This document shows positions 18,706 to 27,419 of a stretch of 64,000 nucleotides of DNA, piece by piece (the stretch's first letter is position 1; every line of letters starts with the position of its first letter). The DNA is from an uncultured virus (IMG/VR IMGVR_UViG_3300026057_000005). Taxonomy: Duplodnaviria; Heunggongvirae; Uroviricota; Caudoviricetes. The stretch lies in IMG/VR virus record IMGVR_UViG_3300026057_000005; one strand, written 5' to 3'. A model generated the notes under the pieces. It was not told the origin of the DNA, ran no database searches, and worked only from the letters and a program-made list of their open reading frames with translations. Position numbers and translations under genes: made by a program.

Positions 18706-19641
18706 CTAGAACGCTCCATTGCAGCGCAGGAACGCCGCCGTCGTGTTCGGGTACCGTCGACGATCGTTCTCGTTCTCGAGCCACCCGACGCAGCCCTCGA
18801 GCCCGGCCGCCATCGCGACGCCGAGGATGCCGGACACCGTGAGGTCGACGTTCGCCGACGCGCCGATCGGCCCCTTCTCCGTCATCGTCGGCACCGACAG
18901 CGGCGTGCCGACGTACTGCTCGAGCGTGCCGCTCTCGACGAGCTCGCGCAGGTTCTCGAACGCGTCGGTCGCGAACGCGTCGTCTTGCGCGTCGGTCGAA
19001 CCGACGATCGAATCCGGATCGATCCCGATCGCGATGAGGCGATCGCGGTTGTGGCGGTAGCGACCGACGTGCTTGGGCCCCGCGAACGACGCCGACTCGC
19101 GCGCGCACGCGGTCGCGAACCGCGACCAGGCGTCGTCGTCGATGCCGTTGATCGGTGACTTGATCTGTATCGGGTGCGCGCTGGCGTCGGCCGCTGGAGC
19201 CGCCTCGGCGGTCGTGGTCGCGGTTGTGGTCGGCGTCTCCGGTGCTGCCGGCGCCGGCGCGGCGCCAGGCGTGCCTGCGGGCGCCGTCGCATGCTTGAGC
19301 ACGTGCGCGAATTCCTCTTCGAGGTAGGTCGCGACGTCGGGCTTGCCGCGCATCCGCACGTCGGCGATCGCGCACTGCACAATGAACGGCGGCGGCGTCT
19401 GGTTGCGGTGAAGCATCGCGACGAGCACGTCGAACGGCGCCGGCGGTGCGCCGGACACCATCGCACTCGGAAGCGGGATCATCGGCGGATTCGCAGACGC
19501 GTACGGTGTGGGGGCGGGCGAGCTCGCCGCCGGCAACGCCAGGCGCGGCGATGCCGCGAGCGCGCGATCGCGACGCGCGTTGCGCTCGCTCATCGCGACG
19601 ACTCCGAACACGACAGCGAAGGGAAGAAGGAAGAGAAGCAT
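18706..19641 (-). CDS. N-terminally membrane-anchored protein
   Basis: N-terminal hydrophobic helix, P/A/T linker, globular C-terminus; AAGG RBS. Confidence 0.7.
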   Translation of the reverse strand: MLLFLLPFAVVFGVVAMSERNARRDRALAASPRLALPAASSPAPTPYASANPPMIPLPSAMVSGAPPAPFDVLVAMLHRNQTPPPFIVQCAIADVRMRGKPDVATYLEEEFAHVLKHATAPAGTPGAAPAPAAPETPTTTATTTAEAAPAADASAHPIQIKSPINGIDDDAWSRFATACARESASFAGPKHVGRYRHNRDRLIAIGIDPDSIVGSTDAQDDAFATDAFENLRELVESGTLEQYVGTPLSVPTMTEKGPIGASANVDLTVSGILGVAMAAGLEGCVGWLENENDRRRYPNTTAAFLRCNGAF

Positions 19642-19742
19642 GTCACCTTGCCTTGGAAGGTATCACGGGGACGCGATCTGCGAGAATGGACTCGCGCGCG
19701 AGCTGGATGCATTTCGTGAACCCGCAGAGCGACGAGCGCGCG

Positions 19743-19782
19743 CCGTCTACCAGACGAATTCCGCATTTCGCGCAGTAGACGG
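19743..19782. other. intergenic inverted repeat
   Basis: CCGTCTAC...GTAGACGG just downstream of 19794..20372. Confidence 0.4.
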
Positions 19783-19793
19783 GCATGGCGCTC

Positions 19794-20372
19794 CTACGCT
19801 CGGCTCGTGTAGCTGCCGCCCATGCCGAGGATCTTCGAGGTGTCCTCGATGGCGCCGCTCGGGAAGCGCGCGACGCAGTGCACGAGCCAGAGCCCCTCGG
19901 GCGGGATCCCCTTGTCGCCCGGCGACGTCGACGGGAAGTAACCGAACTGGCGCGCCTGATCCTGCGTGAGGTGCTGCCACTTGATGACGGGCACGACCGA
20001 GTTGGGGAGCTCGTCCTCGAAGCGAAGCCCGCGCTTCAGTCGATCGGCGTAGCGGAGCTCGGCGCATCGCCACCCGATGATGTTGTCGCAGTCGATCCCC
20101 TTGCCCGTCTTCGCGACGTGCTCGAGGATCGCCATGATGTCGCGCCAGTCCTCGCGGCCCTGTGGATCTTCCTGGTAGCGAATCCCCGTCTCGAACAACG
20201 GCGGGATCGGCGGCGTGCCGAGACGCTGCGCGCGCTTGAACGACTGATCGATGTGCCACTCGTTGAGCTTGACGAGCCCTTCAAGCATGAACGTCATCGG
20301 CGCGAAGTGCGCTTCCGGCGACCACCCCGCGCGCATGTCCGGTAGCGAGACGTGGACGAGAGGGAGGAACAT
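19794..20372 (-). CDS. transglutaminase-like (Cys-His-Asp) protein, possible maturation protease
   Basis: GIRYQEDP..REDW...GIDCDNIIGWRCAEL...VHCVARFPSGAIEDTS.ILGM; lies immediately downstream of the capsid-like genes. Confidence 0.65.
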   Translation of the reverse strand: MFLPLVHVSLPDMRAGWSPEAHFAPMTFMLEGLVKLNEWHIDQSFKRAQRLGTPPIPPLFETGIRYQEDPQGREDWRDIMAILEHVAKTGKGIDCDNIIGWRCAELRYADRLKRGLRFEDELPNSVVPVIKWQHLTQDQARQFGYFPSTSPGDKGIPPEGLWLVHCVARFPSGAIEDTSKILGMGGSYTSRA

Positions 20373-20413
20373 CAGAACGTCCTTTCGGGATGGGTGGCTC
20401 GCAGAGTGACTCG

Positions 20414-20433
20414 CAGACGCGGACGCGGATATC
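20414..20433 (+). repeat. partial hairpin element (left half)
   Basis: TCG-CAGACGCGGACGCGGATATC. Confidence 0.45.
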
Positions 20434-20509
20434 GTACTCGGGACCGACTCGCGAGCGCCGAGCTCGACCAAGCTCGTGTAGCGCCCGCGGGTCGCGCCCG
20501 ATCACGATC

Positions 20510-21310
20510 TCAGACGGCCGCGGTGCCGATGATCGAACCGTAGAACGGCGTGCCGCCCTCGGTCGCACCCTGGTAGGTGACGATCATGACGACGTCCATC
20601 GCCGTCTGCGCGGTCTCGAACGTCACGAACGAATCGATCGACACGTTCGAGAACATGTCGCCCGGCAGCGCGCCCGACTGCGCGAACTGCGAGCGGTTGC
20701 CGATCGTGATGTCGTTGATGATCCAGTTCGCCGCGCTGCCCCCACCCCCGATGTCGTTCGACGACACGAAGATGCGCTCCGGCCGGAATGCCACGCGCTG
20801 CGGGCGCGAGGTGATCTGCGCGGTGCTCGCGATCGGAACCGGCGTCGTGCCGGTGTTCATCGGCAGCACCTGGCGGTTCGCCATCGTCGGCGGTTCCATG
20901 TCGCGCAGCCACGCGCGGGGCTGGAGACCGGCGAGCCCGCCTTCCGCATCGGCGCCCATCAGCGCCTCGACGCCGACGAACGGGATGCCGGGGTGGCGGC
21001 GCTCCCACTCGCGGCGGCGCCACTCGCGGTGGTGGTGCTTGGGCAACGTCGGGCCACCCCACGCCTGGTGGCGGTGGTACTCCGGCTGCTCCTGGTACTG
21101 CGGGTACTGCGGGTACTGCGGCTGGTACGCCTGGTACTGCGGCTGGTACGCGGGCGCCTGGTACGCCGGCGCCCGCGGGTTCTGGTACGGCTGCTGGTAG
21201 CCGCCGCGATGGTCGCGCGTCGTCAGTTGCTGAGGCCAGCGACCGACGAGCGCAGCGGCGTCCTGCGCGCCGAGATAGGCGCTGGCGCCGAGAAGTGCAC
21301 GTGCAGACAT
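20510..21310 (-). CDS. putative single jelly-roll major capsid protein, copy B (YQP-rich N-terminus)
   Basis: C-terminal ~125 aa is all-beta-like and identical to 21449..22072; AAAGGA RBS; capsid role is inferred. Confidence 0.55.
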   Translation of the reverse strand: MSARALLGASAYLGAQDAAALVGRWPQQLTTRDHRGGYQQPYQNPRAPAYQAPAYQPQYQAYQPQYPQYPQYQEQPEYHRHQAWGGPTLPKHHHREWRRREWERRHPGIPFVGVEALMGADAEGGLAGLQPRAWLRDMEPPTMANRQVLPMNTGTTPVPIASTAQITSRPQRVAFRPERIFVSSNDIGGGGSAANWIINDITIGNRSQFAQSGALPGDMFSNVSIDSFVTFETAQTAMDVVMIVTYQGATEGGTPFYGSIIGTAAV

Positions 21311-21868
21311 GGTCTGTTCCTTTCGTCGTAGAGCTCGAGGAAGTCCTCAAGCGGAGAGTGAAGCGGAGAAACGTCGAAGGGGCGACCGCAAAGCTCATAC
21401 GAGCTCGACGGTCGCCCCTGCAGCACCGAGGTCGACCGGGCTAGCCGATCAGACCGCGGCCGTGCCGATGATCGAACCGTAGAACGGCGTGCCGCCCTCG
21501 GTCGCACCCTGGTAGGTGACGATCATGACGACGTCCATCGCCGTCTGCGCGGTCTCGAACGTCACGAACGAGTCGATCGACACGTTCGAGAACATGTCGC
21601 CCGGCAGCGCGCCCGACTGCGCGAACTGCGAGCGGTTACCGATCGTGATGTCGTTGATGATCCAGTTCGCCGCCGAACCGCCACCCCCGATGTCGTTGCT
21701 CGACACGAAGATGCGCTCCGGCCGGAACGCCACGCGCTGCGGGCGCGAGGTGATCTGCGCCGTCGACGCGATCGGCACCGGGGTGGTCCCGGTGTTCATC
21801 GGCAGCACCTGGCGGTTCGCCATCGTCGGCGGCGCCATGTCGCGCAGCCACGCGCGGGGCTGGAGACC
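20510..21868. repeat. ~420-bp direct repeat pair (20510-20929 and 21449-21868)
   Basis: Near-identical DNA with mostly synonymous differences. Confidence 0.95.
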
Positions 21869-22072
21869 CGACGCCTGGCCGTGGCGGTGGCCGCCGTTGT
21901 GGTGCCCGAGGGCGCCGTGCGGGTCGCCGTACACGCCGTGCGCGAGCGCGCTGGCGCCGGGGCCGCTGAGGTCCGGGCCACCCTGGCCGACGAGCTGCTG
22001 CCACGCGCCGCAGAGCTGATACCACGCGCCCATGAGGGCCTGATCACCGGAGAGCTGATAACCGTTGTTCAT
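21449..22072 (-). CDS. putative single jelly-roll major capsid protein, copy A
   Basis: Same C-terminal domain (ITSRPQRVAFRPERIFV...WIINDITIGNRSQF...FYGSIIGTAAV); long structured leader. Confidence 0.55.
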   Translation of the reverse strand: MNNGYQLSGDQALMGAWYQLCGAWQQLVGQGGPDLSGPGASALAHGVYGDPHGALGHHNGGHRHGQASGLQPRAWLRDMAPPTMANRQVLPMNTGTTPVPIASTAQITSRPQRVAFRPERIFVSSNDIGGGGSAANWIINDITIGNRSQFAQSGALPGDMFSNVSIDSFVTFETAQTAMDVVMIVTYQGATEGGTPFYGSIIGTAAV

Positions 22073-22176
22073 AACACGTCGTCTTTCCGTGCGTGAGGTG
22101 CACGAGTCCATCGATCGTTGGTGGGGATGCTGTGATCTGCCCTCGACATCGCGCTCGACGTCGGCTCGCGCTCGAG

Positions 22177-22243
22177 CCCGAGGGGCATGAGTGAGTGAGC
22201 TCGCGAGCGTGAAGCTCGGTTCGGGTCACTCATGCGGCTCGGG
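22177..22243. other. long hairpin in the non-coding region upstream of capsid-like gene A
   Basis: CCCGAG/CTCGGG and GCATGAGTGA/TCACTCATGC arms. Confidence 0.6.
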
Positions 22244-22388
22244 CCGGATCGCGGGATTGCGATACGGCTGCCACCCGTCAACGAAGGCTACGACGCCGAC
22301 GGGCGCAAATTATACTGCGATGAGAAAGAACACCCCGCGCTCGGGAAAGGAGTGACGCGCTCTGGATCCCGGCGTCAGCCGAAATTCA

Positions 22389-22417
22389 CAGCGAGCTCGA
22401 AGAAGTCTTCGAGCGGA
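22389..22417 (+). repeat. variant hairpin element with alternative stem
   Basis: CAG-CGA GCTCGAAG AAGT CTTCGAGC GGA. Confidence 0.85.
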
Positions 22418-22421
22418 TTCA

Positions 22422-22452
22422 CAGACGAGGACGCGAAATTTTCGCGTCCGGA
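22422..22452 (+). repeat. dispersed hairpin element
   Basis: CAGACGAGGACGCGAAATTTTCGCGTCCGGA. Confidence 0.95.
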
Positions 22453-22456
22453 TCGA

Positions 22457-22936
22457 TCAGCCGCCCGCCTGCATCCGCTGGATGAGGTTGGCCGCCATCT
22501 GCTGCGGCGAGATCTCGCCGTGCACCGCGGCGGGCGCGCCCGCCGGCAGGGCGCCGACCGGGCCGCCGTGCCCGAAGAACGAACCGCTCGTCTTCTTGCG
22601 CGTGCCGACCGCGAAGCCCTTGTCCGTGGCGAACGCCGCCAGGAAGCCGGTGCCGAGGTTCGCCAGGTGGGGCGACCACTCCGAGCCGGCGACGTCGAGC
22701 GCCGCGGCGAGGTTGAGCCCGATGCCGAGGCCGAGATCGACGGGCACCCGGAACAGGTGCGGGTCCTTCATCATGCCCTGGAGCAAGCCGCCGAGCGCCG
22801 CGCCGGCGGTCACCTCGAGCAGATGCACGCCGTGCTTGGTGAGCGTGGCGCCCTTCGCCTTGAGCTTCTCCACCTTGGCGTGGAGCGAGCTGTTGCGCTT
22901 CGCGAGATGCTGAACGTGTTCGTGGGTGAGCGTCAT
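22457..22936 (-). CDS. membrane protein with N-terminal coiled coil
   Basis: Gly/Ala-rich hydrophobic segments; first gene of the structural block. Confidence 0.75.
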   Translation of the reverse strand: MTLTHEHVQHLAKRNSSLHAKVEKLKAKGATLTKHGVHLLEVTAGAALGGLLQGMMKDPHLFRVPVDLGLGIGLNLAAALDVAGSEWSPHLANLGTGFLAAFATDKGFAVGTRKKTSGSFFGHGGPVGALPAGAPAAVHGEISPQQMAANLIQRMQAGG

Positions 22937-22944
22937 AGGGTCTT

Positions 22945-22974
22945 TCCGCTCGAAGACTTCTTCGAGCTCGTCTG
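22945..22974 (-). repeat. variant hairpin element with alternative stem
   Basis: CAGACGA GCTCGAAG AAGT CTTCGAGC GGA, 8 nt before ATG 22936. Confidence 0.9.
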
Positions 22975-22999
22975 AATCGGGGTTCTCTTGATCACCGAA

Positions 23000-23030
23000 G
23001 CCCCTTCCCGCGGGCCTCGCGTGAAGGGGC
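23000..23030. other. intergenic hairpin (possible terminator)
   Basis: GCCCCTTC.CGCG...CGCG.GAAGGGGC. Confidence 0.45.
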
Positions 23031-23063
23031 GCGAGCTCGCGCTCGCTGGTATTGGATCTGTCT

Positions 23064-23513
23064 CTAGCCTCTACGTCGTGTCCCGTAGCCGCGTTGCTGG
23101 ATCTCGGCGAGCTCTTTCGCGGACACCGTCACCGGCGTCATCTGGCCGACGACGATCTTCCGCTTGCGGTTCTCGAGGAGGACGTTGACGCCCATGTCGG
23201 TCAACTTGATCGTCCACCGAAACGGCCGCGTCTCACCGGGGCGTACGTACTCGCGCTCGCGCACGACTTCGGCGTTGATCATGCGTCGAATGACCTCGCG
23301 CGACTCGGCCTTGATCCCGTCCCACGTGAAGCCGATCTCGTGATCGGGCGCGGCGAACATGTGCTCCATGATCGCGAACGCCGCCGGCGGAAGCCGGAGC
23401 TCGGTCTGCACGTCGTGCTGGATCTTGAGGTCGACGAGACCTCCGATCTCTACCCGGTCTTCCGGACGCGAAGATTTCGCGTCCTCGTCTGTGCAATCCG
23501 ACACGAGGCTCAC
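23064..23513 (-). CDS. putative winged-helix-like protein
   Basis: GTGA overlap start; WTIKLTDMG wing-like motif; in-frame hairpin element near the N-terminus. Confidence 0.55.
   Translation of the reverse strand: MSLVSDCTDEDAKSSRPEDRVEIGGLVDLKIQHDVQTELRLPPAAFAIMEHMFAAPDHEIGFTWDGIKAESREVIRRMINAEVVREREYVRPGETRPFRWTIKLTDMGVNVLLENRKRKIVVGQMTPVTVSAKELAEIQQRGYGTRRRG
23461..23491 (-). repeat. dispersed hairpin element, in-frame (TDEDAKSSRP)
   Basis: CAGACGAGGACGCGAAATCTTCGCGTCCGGA. Confidence 0.95.
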
Positions 23514-23983
23514 GCCGCCTTCTTCGCCTCGGCGAGCGTCTTCGCGAGCGCGTCGCGCACCGCGATCGCGTGCGCCTCGGACGGGCACGAGACGTGGCAC
23601 ATGTCGCCGAGCACGAGGAACTCGATCGCGTTCGTCGACAGGTTGCGCGAGCGCTTGATCGTGAACGACGGCGCCGGCGGCGCCGGAATGACGACGGGCG
23701 CGACGGGCTCGACGATCTCCGCGTCCTGGATCTCGAGCTCGCTCGAGCTCGTCGACGCGGCCAACGCCTTCACTGCGGGCGCCGCAGCGATCTCGCGCTG
23801 GTCCGACTTGCCGATCTGGCCGCGCTTGTTTGCCTCGGTCGAATCCGCCTTCGAGTCGCTCATGTCGACGCCGAGCAACGCGCCGGCGATCTCGACGCCC
23901 GACTCGAGCTTGTTGAAGGTCCGATCGATCACGTTCGAGATTTGCTCGTCGTTCGAGCGCTGCGTGGTCCCGTTGTTCGTCAT
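23510..23983 (-). CDS. hypothetical protein
   Basis: GGAGGA upstream of ATG 23983. Confidence 0.65.
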   Translation of the reverse strand: MTNNGTTQRSNDEQISNVIDRTFNKLESGVEIAGALLGVDMSDSKADSTEANKRGQIGKSDQREIAAAPAVKALAASTSSSELEIQDAEIVEPVAPVVIPAPPAPSFTIKRSRNLSTNAIEFLVLGDMCHVSCPSEAHAIAVRDALAKTLAEAKKAA

Positions 23984-24099
23984 GTAGCCTTGTCCTCCTC
24001 CGAGATTAAGAGGCATCACCCGACGGTGTCGCAAGGCTTCTGCGAAGCGCGCCGACACTTTCACGGATGCGCCAAACCGTGTACACTTCGAGTGTGCAC

Positions 24100-24903
24100 A
24101 TGTCCAACCATCGAAATGCGCGAGGCAATCCGACTTCCCAGGAAGTTGTCAAGTCTGTTTATACGCGCACCGAGACGATGGCGATCCTGGGCTGCTCGAT
24201 GACGTCGGTGATTCGCATGGAAGCGCACGGCACGCTGACGCGAAAGACGATCGTCAAGCCGACGAAGGGTGGCCGAACCGACATCGAGGTGGTCGTCTAC
24301 GAGGCCAGCGAGGTCACGCGCCAGGCGGAGCGCATGGGGAAGCGGATGCGGATGCGCGGCAACGGCGAGATGCAGTCCATCCCGGAAGGCGAGTTGACGG
24401 CGATCGCGTTCGAGATGTTCGATCGCGGGTGCTCGCTGCGCGAGGTGCTCGTGCGCACGCGCGAGCCCGTCGACAAGGTGCAGGACATGTACGACGCGTG
24501 GCTCGACATGGGCGGCAGCGCGATCACGATCTCGACCGTGGCACAGGCCGAGCTCGAGCGCTTCGTGGGGCCATTCGCGTCCATCGCCGAGCTCGTACAG
24601 CGCGTCGCTGATCGCATCGGCGAGCGCGTCGATCTCGACGACGCCGCAGCGGTCGTCGTCGGCGGCGCGCCGGACGTCGCGATCGAGCGCGCGATCATCG
24701 AGGCGCTTGACGTCGCCGCGCAGACGCCAGGGCTCGCGCACATCGGCGAGTGCGTCGATCTTGACGACGCCGCGGCGGCCGTTGTCGACGGCGCGCCGGA
24801 CGTCGCGATCGATCGCGCGATCACCCTGGCACTCGACGCCGCGGACGTCGCAGACGAGGACGCGGGGCGCGTGCTCGCGTGTGGACCGGACGCGACCGCA
24901 TGA
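24100..24903 (+). CDS. HTH DNA-binding protein with C-terminal tandem duplication
   Basis: YTRTETMAILGCSMTSVIRMEAHGTL (MerR/excisionase-like HTH); two copies of IGE.VDLDDAAA.VV.GAPDVAI.RAI. Confidence 0.7.
   Translation: MSNHRNARGNPTSQEVVKSVYTRTETMAILGCSMTSVIRMEAHGTLTRKTIVKPTKGGRTDIEVVVYEASEVTRQAERMGKRMRMRGNGEMQSIPEGELTAIAFEMFDRGCSLREVLVRTREPVDKVQDMYDAWLDMGGSAITISTVAQAELERFVGPFASIAELVQRVADRIGERVDLDDAAAVVVGGAPDVAIERAIIEALDVAAQTPGLAHIGECVDLDDAAAAVVDGAPDVAIDRAITLALDAADVADEDAGRVLACGPDATA
24851..24885 (+). repeat. degenerate hairpin element
   Basis: TCG-CAGACGAGGACGCGG...CTCGCGTGTGGA. Confidence 0.6.
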
Positions 24904-26147
24904 CGGTTTCGCTCGTCGCCGCGCCGGCGTTCGCGTGCTCGAAGTGCCACCACCTCGAGCGCGTTCGTCATAGCCGTTGCTCGGGCTGCGGGCAGTGGCA
25001 CACGCTTGTGCCGGTGAGCGAGCTCGCACCCGGCGCATCGTCGACGTTCGATGCGGATCCAGCCGCGCGCGTCGTCGGCATCATCGATGTCGCGAAGGCG
25101 CACCCCGATCCGTCAACGATTGGCAGCGTCGGGCTCGAGGTGCTGCGCGATCAACGCAGCGGTCGCGCGGGCGATTCACAGACGAGGACGCGAGAAGCCT
25201 CGCGCCCGGACGCTCGCGCGCTGCCGATCGTGCCGTTTCACGGGCGCGAGCTCGCGCCGAGTCCCGTCGAGCGCGTCGCGCGCGGCGTCAGCACGCCGAC
25301 GCGCATCACCGAGATCGAGGCGGCGGCGCACTTCCGCTACACGACGGGGATCCCGGGGCTCGATCGCGTGTTCGGCCTCGAGCCCATCCCGCCCGACGGC
25401 GGCGCGCTGGCCGGCTGCGTCCGTGGTGGCATCTACCTCCTGAGCGGCTCGCCGGGTGCCGGCAAGTCGACGCTCCTCATGCAGATGATCTCGAGGATCG
25501 CTGGCGACGCGCTCGTGCTCTACGCCTCCGGTGAAGAAGCCGCCGCGCAGATCGCGGCACGCGCGCATCGCGTCGACGCCGCGCGCCCGAATATCCTTCT
25601 CGTCGCCGAGACTGATCTCGAGGCCATCCTGGCGCACGCGCGCGCGCTGCGTCCGCGCATCCTGATCGTCGACTCGATTTCTACGATCTCGACGGCGTAC
25701 GAGAGCGGCATCCCGGGCAGCGTTACGCAGGTCAAGGCGTGCGCGGCCGAGATCGAGCGCTACGCGCACGACGCCGAGTACCCGACGACCGTCTTCATGA
25801 TCGGGCACGTCACACAGGACGGCAAAACGGGCGGCCCACGCGCGCTTCAGCACCTGGTCGACGTGCTGCTCGAGCTCGACGGCTCGGATCTGCGCGTCCT
25901 GACGTCGCCGAAGAATCGTTTCGGTTCGACGCTCGAGCGCGCGGCGTTTCGCATGACGGCGGCCGGGCTCGTCGAGGTCGACGAGGGCGAGATCGCGGCC
26001 GAGGAAGCCGAGCGCGACGCGCGGTTCTTGCCGATCGCGCAAGAGCTCCTGAACCGCTACCTGGCGCTCGGCGGTCACCTCGACGACGGGCTGCGCCAGC
26101 GGATCGACGATCGGCTCGACCTCGAGATGTGGCACGAAACGAGATAG
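24900..26147 (+). CDS. radA: RadA/Sms-like RecA-family ATPase lacking the C-terminal Lon-like domain
   Basis: CSKC...CSGC..W Zn finger, GSPGAGKST, YASGEE, IVDSI, IGHVT, KNRFG. Confidence 0.9.
   Translation: MTVSLVAAPAFACSKCHHLERVRHSRCSGCGQWHTLVPVSELAPGASSTFDADPAARVVGIIDVAKAHPDPSTIGSVGLEVLRDQRSGRAGDSQTRTREASRPDARALPIVPFHGRELAPSPVERVARGVSTPTRITEIEAAAHFRYTTGIPGLDRVFGLEPIPPDGGALAGCVRGGIYLLSGSPGAGKSTLLMQMISRIAGDALVLYASGEEAAAQIAARAHRVDAARPNILLVAETDLEAILAHARALRPRILIVDSISTISTAYESGIPGSVTQVKACAAEIERYAHDAEYPTTVFMIGHVTQDGKTGGPRALQHLVDVLLELDGSDLRVLTSPKNRFGSTLERAAFRMTAAGLVEVDEGEIAAEEAERDARFLPIAQELLNRYLALGGHLDDGLRQRIDDRLDLEMWHETR
25179..25210 (+). repeat. dispersed hairpin element, in-frame in the RadA linker (QTRTREASRP)
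   Basis: CAGACGAGGACGCGAGAAGCCTCGCGCCCGGA. Confidence 0.9.
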
Positions 26148-26148
26148 A

Positions 26149-26451
26149 GTGATGAGAGAGAAAACTCCAACCGATCGCTGGTCGCGCCATCCACAAGAAG
26201 ATGCAGCATGCGCGGACATCGAGGACGCCCACAAGAGCGCATGGCTGTCACCGAATGGACGAGTCGCGGTTATCAGTTCGTTCGATGGCCGTGAGTTTCA
26301 TTTGTCAATCTCTACAGCGCTTGGCAAGCCGTCGGATTCGCAGGCGAGCGCTGCGCTCGCTGCGTTCGGCGTGCCCGAAGCCGCGGAAGTCAACTGCGGT
26401 CGACGAGCTCGGCATTATTTCGTACGCGCTCGCGGCGTCGCGTCCGCCTAG
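26149..26451 (+). CDS. hypothetical phage-type protein
   Basis: FHLSIS...PSD motif; lower GC than neighbours. Confidence 0.55.
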   Translation: MMREKTPTDRWSRHPQEDAACADIEDAHKSAWLSPNGRVAVISSFDGREFHLSISTALGKPSDSQASAALAAFGVPEAAEVNCGRRARHYFVRARGVASA

Positions 26452-27419
26452 AACGCGAACAGGTTCTTGTGCCCGTTGCGCCCGGTCGCGCCCGCGATGC
26501 CGGCACCGATCGGTGTGCCGCCGACGCCGCCCGGCACGAGGTACTCGCCGCTGCCCGAGCGCTTGCGCGCCATGCTGAGGATGATCCCGCCGGCGCCGCC
26601 GCCGCCACCGCCGCCGTTGCCGCCCGCGCCCGCCGCGTTGCCGCCGACGCCGCCGCGCGAGCGGACGGTGCCATCGTTGACGAGATCGAGCACGTGGAAC
26701 ACGAGCACACCACCGCCGCCTCCGCCGCCGCCGCCGTTCACGCCGGCGTTGTCGGATCCGCCGCCGCCACCGCCCGCGCCGCCCTGAATGATATTGATCG
26801 ACGCCGATCCGCCGCCGCTCTGCTGCGTGAACAGGTATCCCGTCGACATCGGCGTGAAGTAGTTCGCGCCGCCGTTCGTCGACAGCGACGAGTACGCGCC
26901 GCCGGCGCCGCCCGCCTGCGCACCGCCTGCGCCGCCCGCGCCGCCGATCGCGCTGGCGTCGGTCAGCGAGTTGACGGCCTGCACGCTGACGCCGTTGCTT
27001 CCGGCGCCTACGCCGACGTGGCCTGCGCCGCCGGCCGTGCCGGCGCCCGTCGTCCCGAGGGCGGAGGTCCCGCCGGCGACGTTCAGGACGGCGGCCTTGC
27101 CGTCGTTCTCGATGATGCTGCCGAGCTTGACGTGAAACCGCCCGTTGCAGAACAGCCGGAACCCCGCGGTATAGACCGTGACGCCGGCGTCGGAGTAGGA
27201 TCCGCCGGCGAGGAACGTGTCGCGCGTGAGCGTGTACACGCCCTCGGACAGCGTCGCGAACGGCGGCACCGCGGTCATGCCGTCGAATGCGATCGCGCCG
27301 TCCTGACCAGAGCCATAGGCGATGCTGCCGACGATCGCCAGGATCGCCTCGAGCTCGGTGGAGACGAGGCTAGCCTGGTTCTGCGGCGTGCCGCCGGGGA
27401 GGATCTCGGTGTTGGACAT
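26448..27419 (-). CDS. glycine-rich putative virion fibre protein
   Basis: YGSGQDG plus extensive GGGG tracts; TAGAAT 6 nt before ATG. Confidence 0.75.
   Translation of the reverse strand: MSNTEILPGGTPQNQASLVSTELEAILAIVGSIAYGSGQDGAIAFDGMTAVPPFATLSEGVYTLTRDTFLAGGSYSDAGVTVYTAGFRLFCNGRFHVKLGSIIENDGKAAVLNVAGGTSALGTTGAGTAGGAGHVGVGAGSNGVSVQAVNSLTDASAIGGAGGAGGAQAGGAGGAYSSLSTNGGANYFTPMSTGYLFTQQSGGGSASINIIQGGAGGGGGGSDNAGVNGGGGGGGGGVLVFHVLDLVNDGTVRSRGGVGGNAAGAGGNGGGGGGGAGGIILSMARKRSGSGEYLVPGGVGGTPIGAGIAGATGRNGHKNLFAF

Noticed and set aside
20510..21868. Duplicated capsid-like region as a diversity-generating retroelement TR/VR pair
   Set aside because: Differences are synonymous and not adenine-specific, both copies are intact genes, and no reverse transcriptase is present.
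22422..22452. Resemblance of CAGACGA-G-stem-C-GGA to the hammerhead ribozyme core (CUGANGA-stem II-GAAA)
   Set aside because: Two core positions differ, I found no consistent stems I/III or cleavage triplet in the flanks, and copies inside intact-looking ORFs argue against self-cleavage. A co-transcriptional cleavage assay would settle it.
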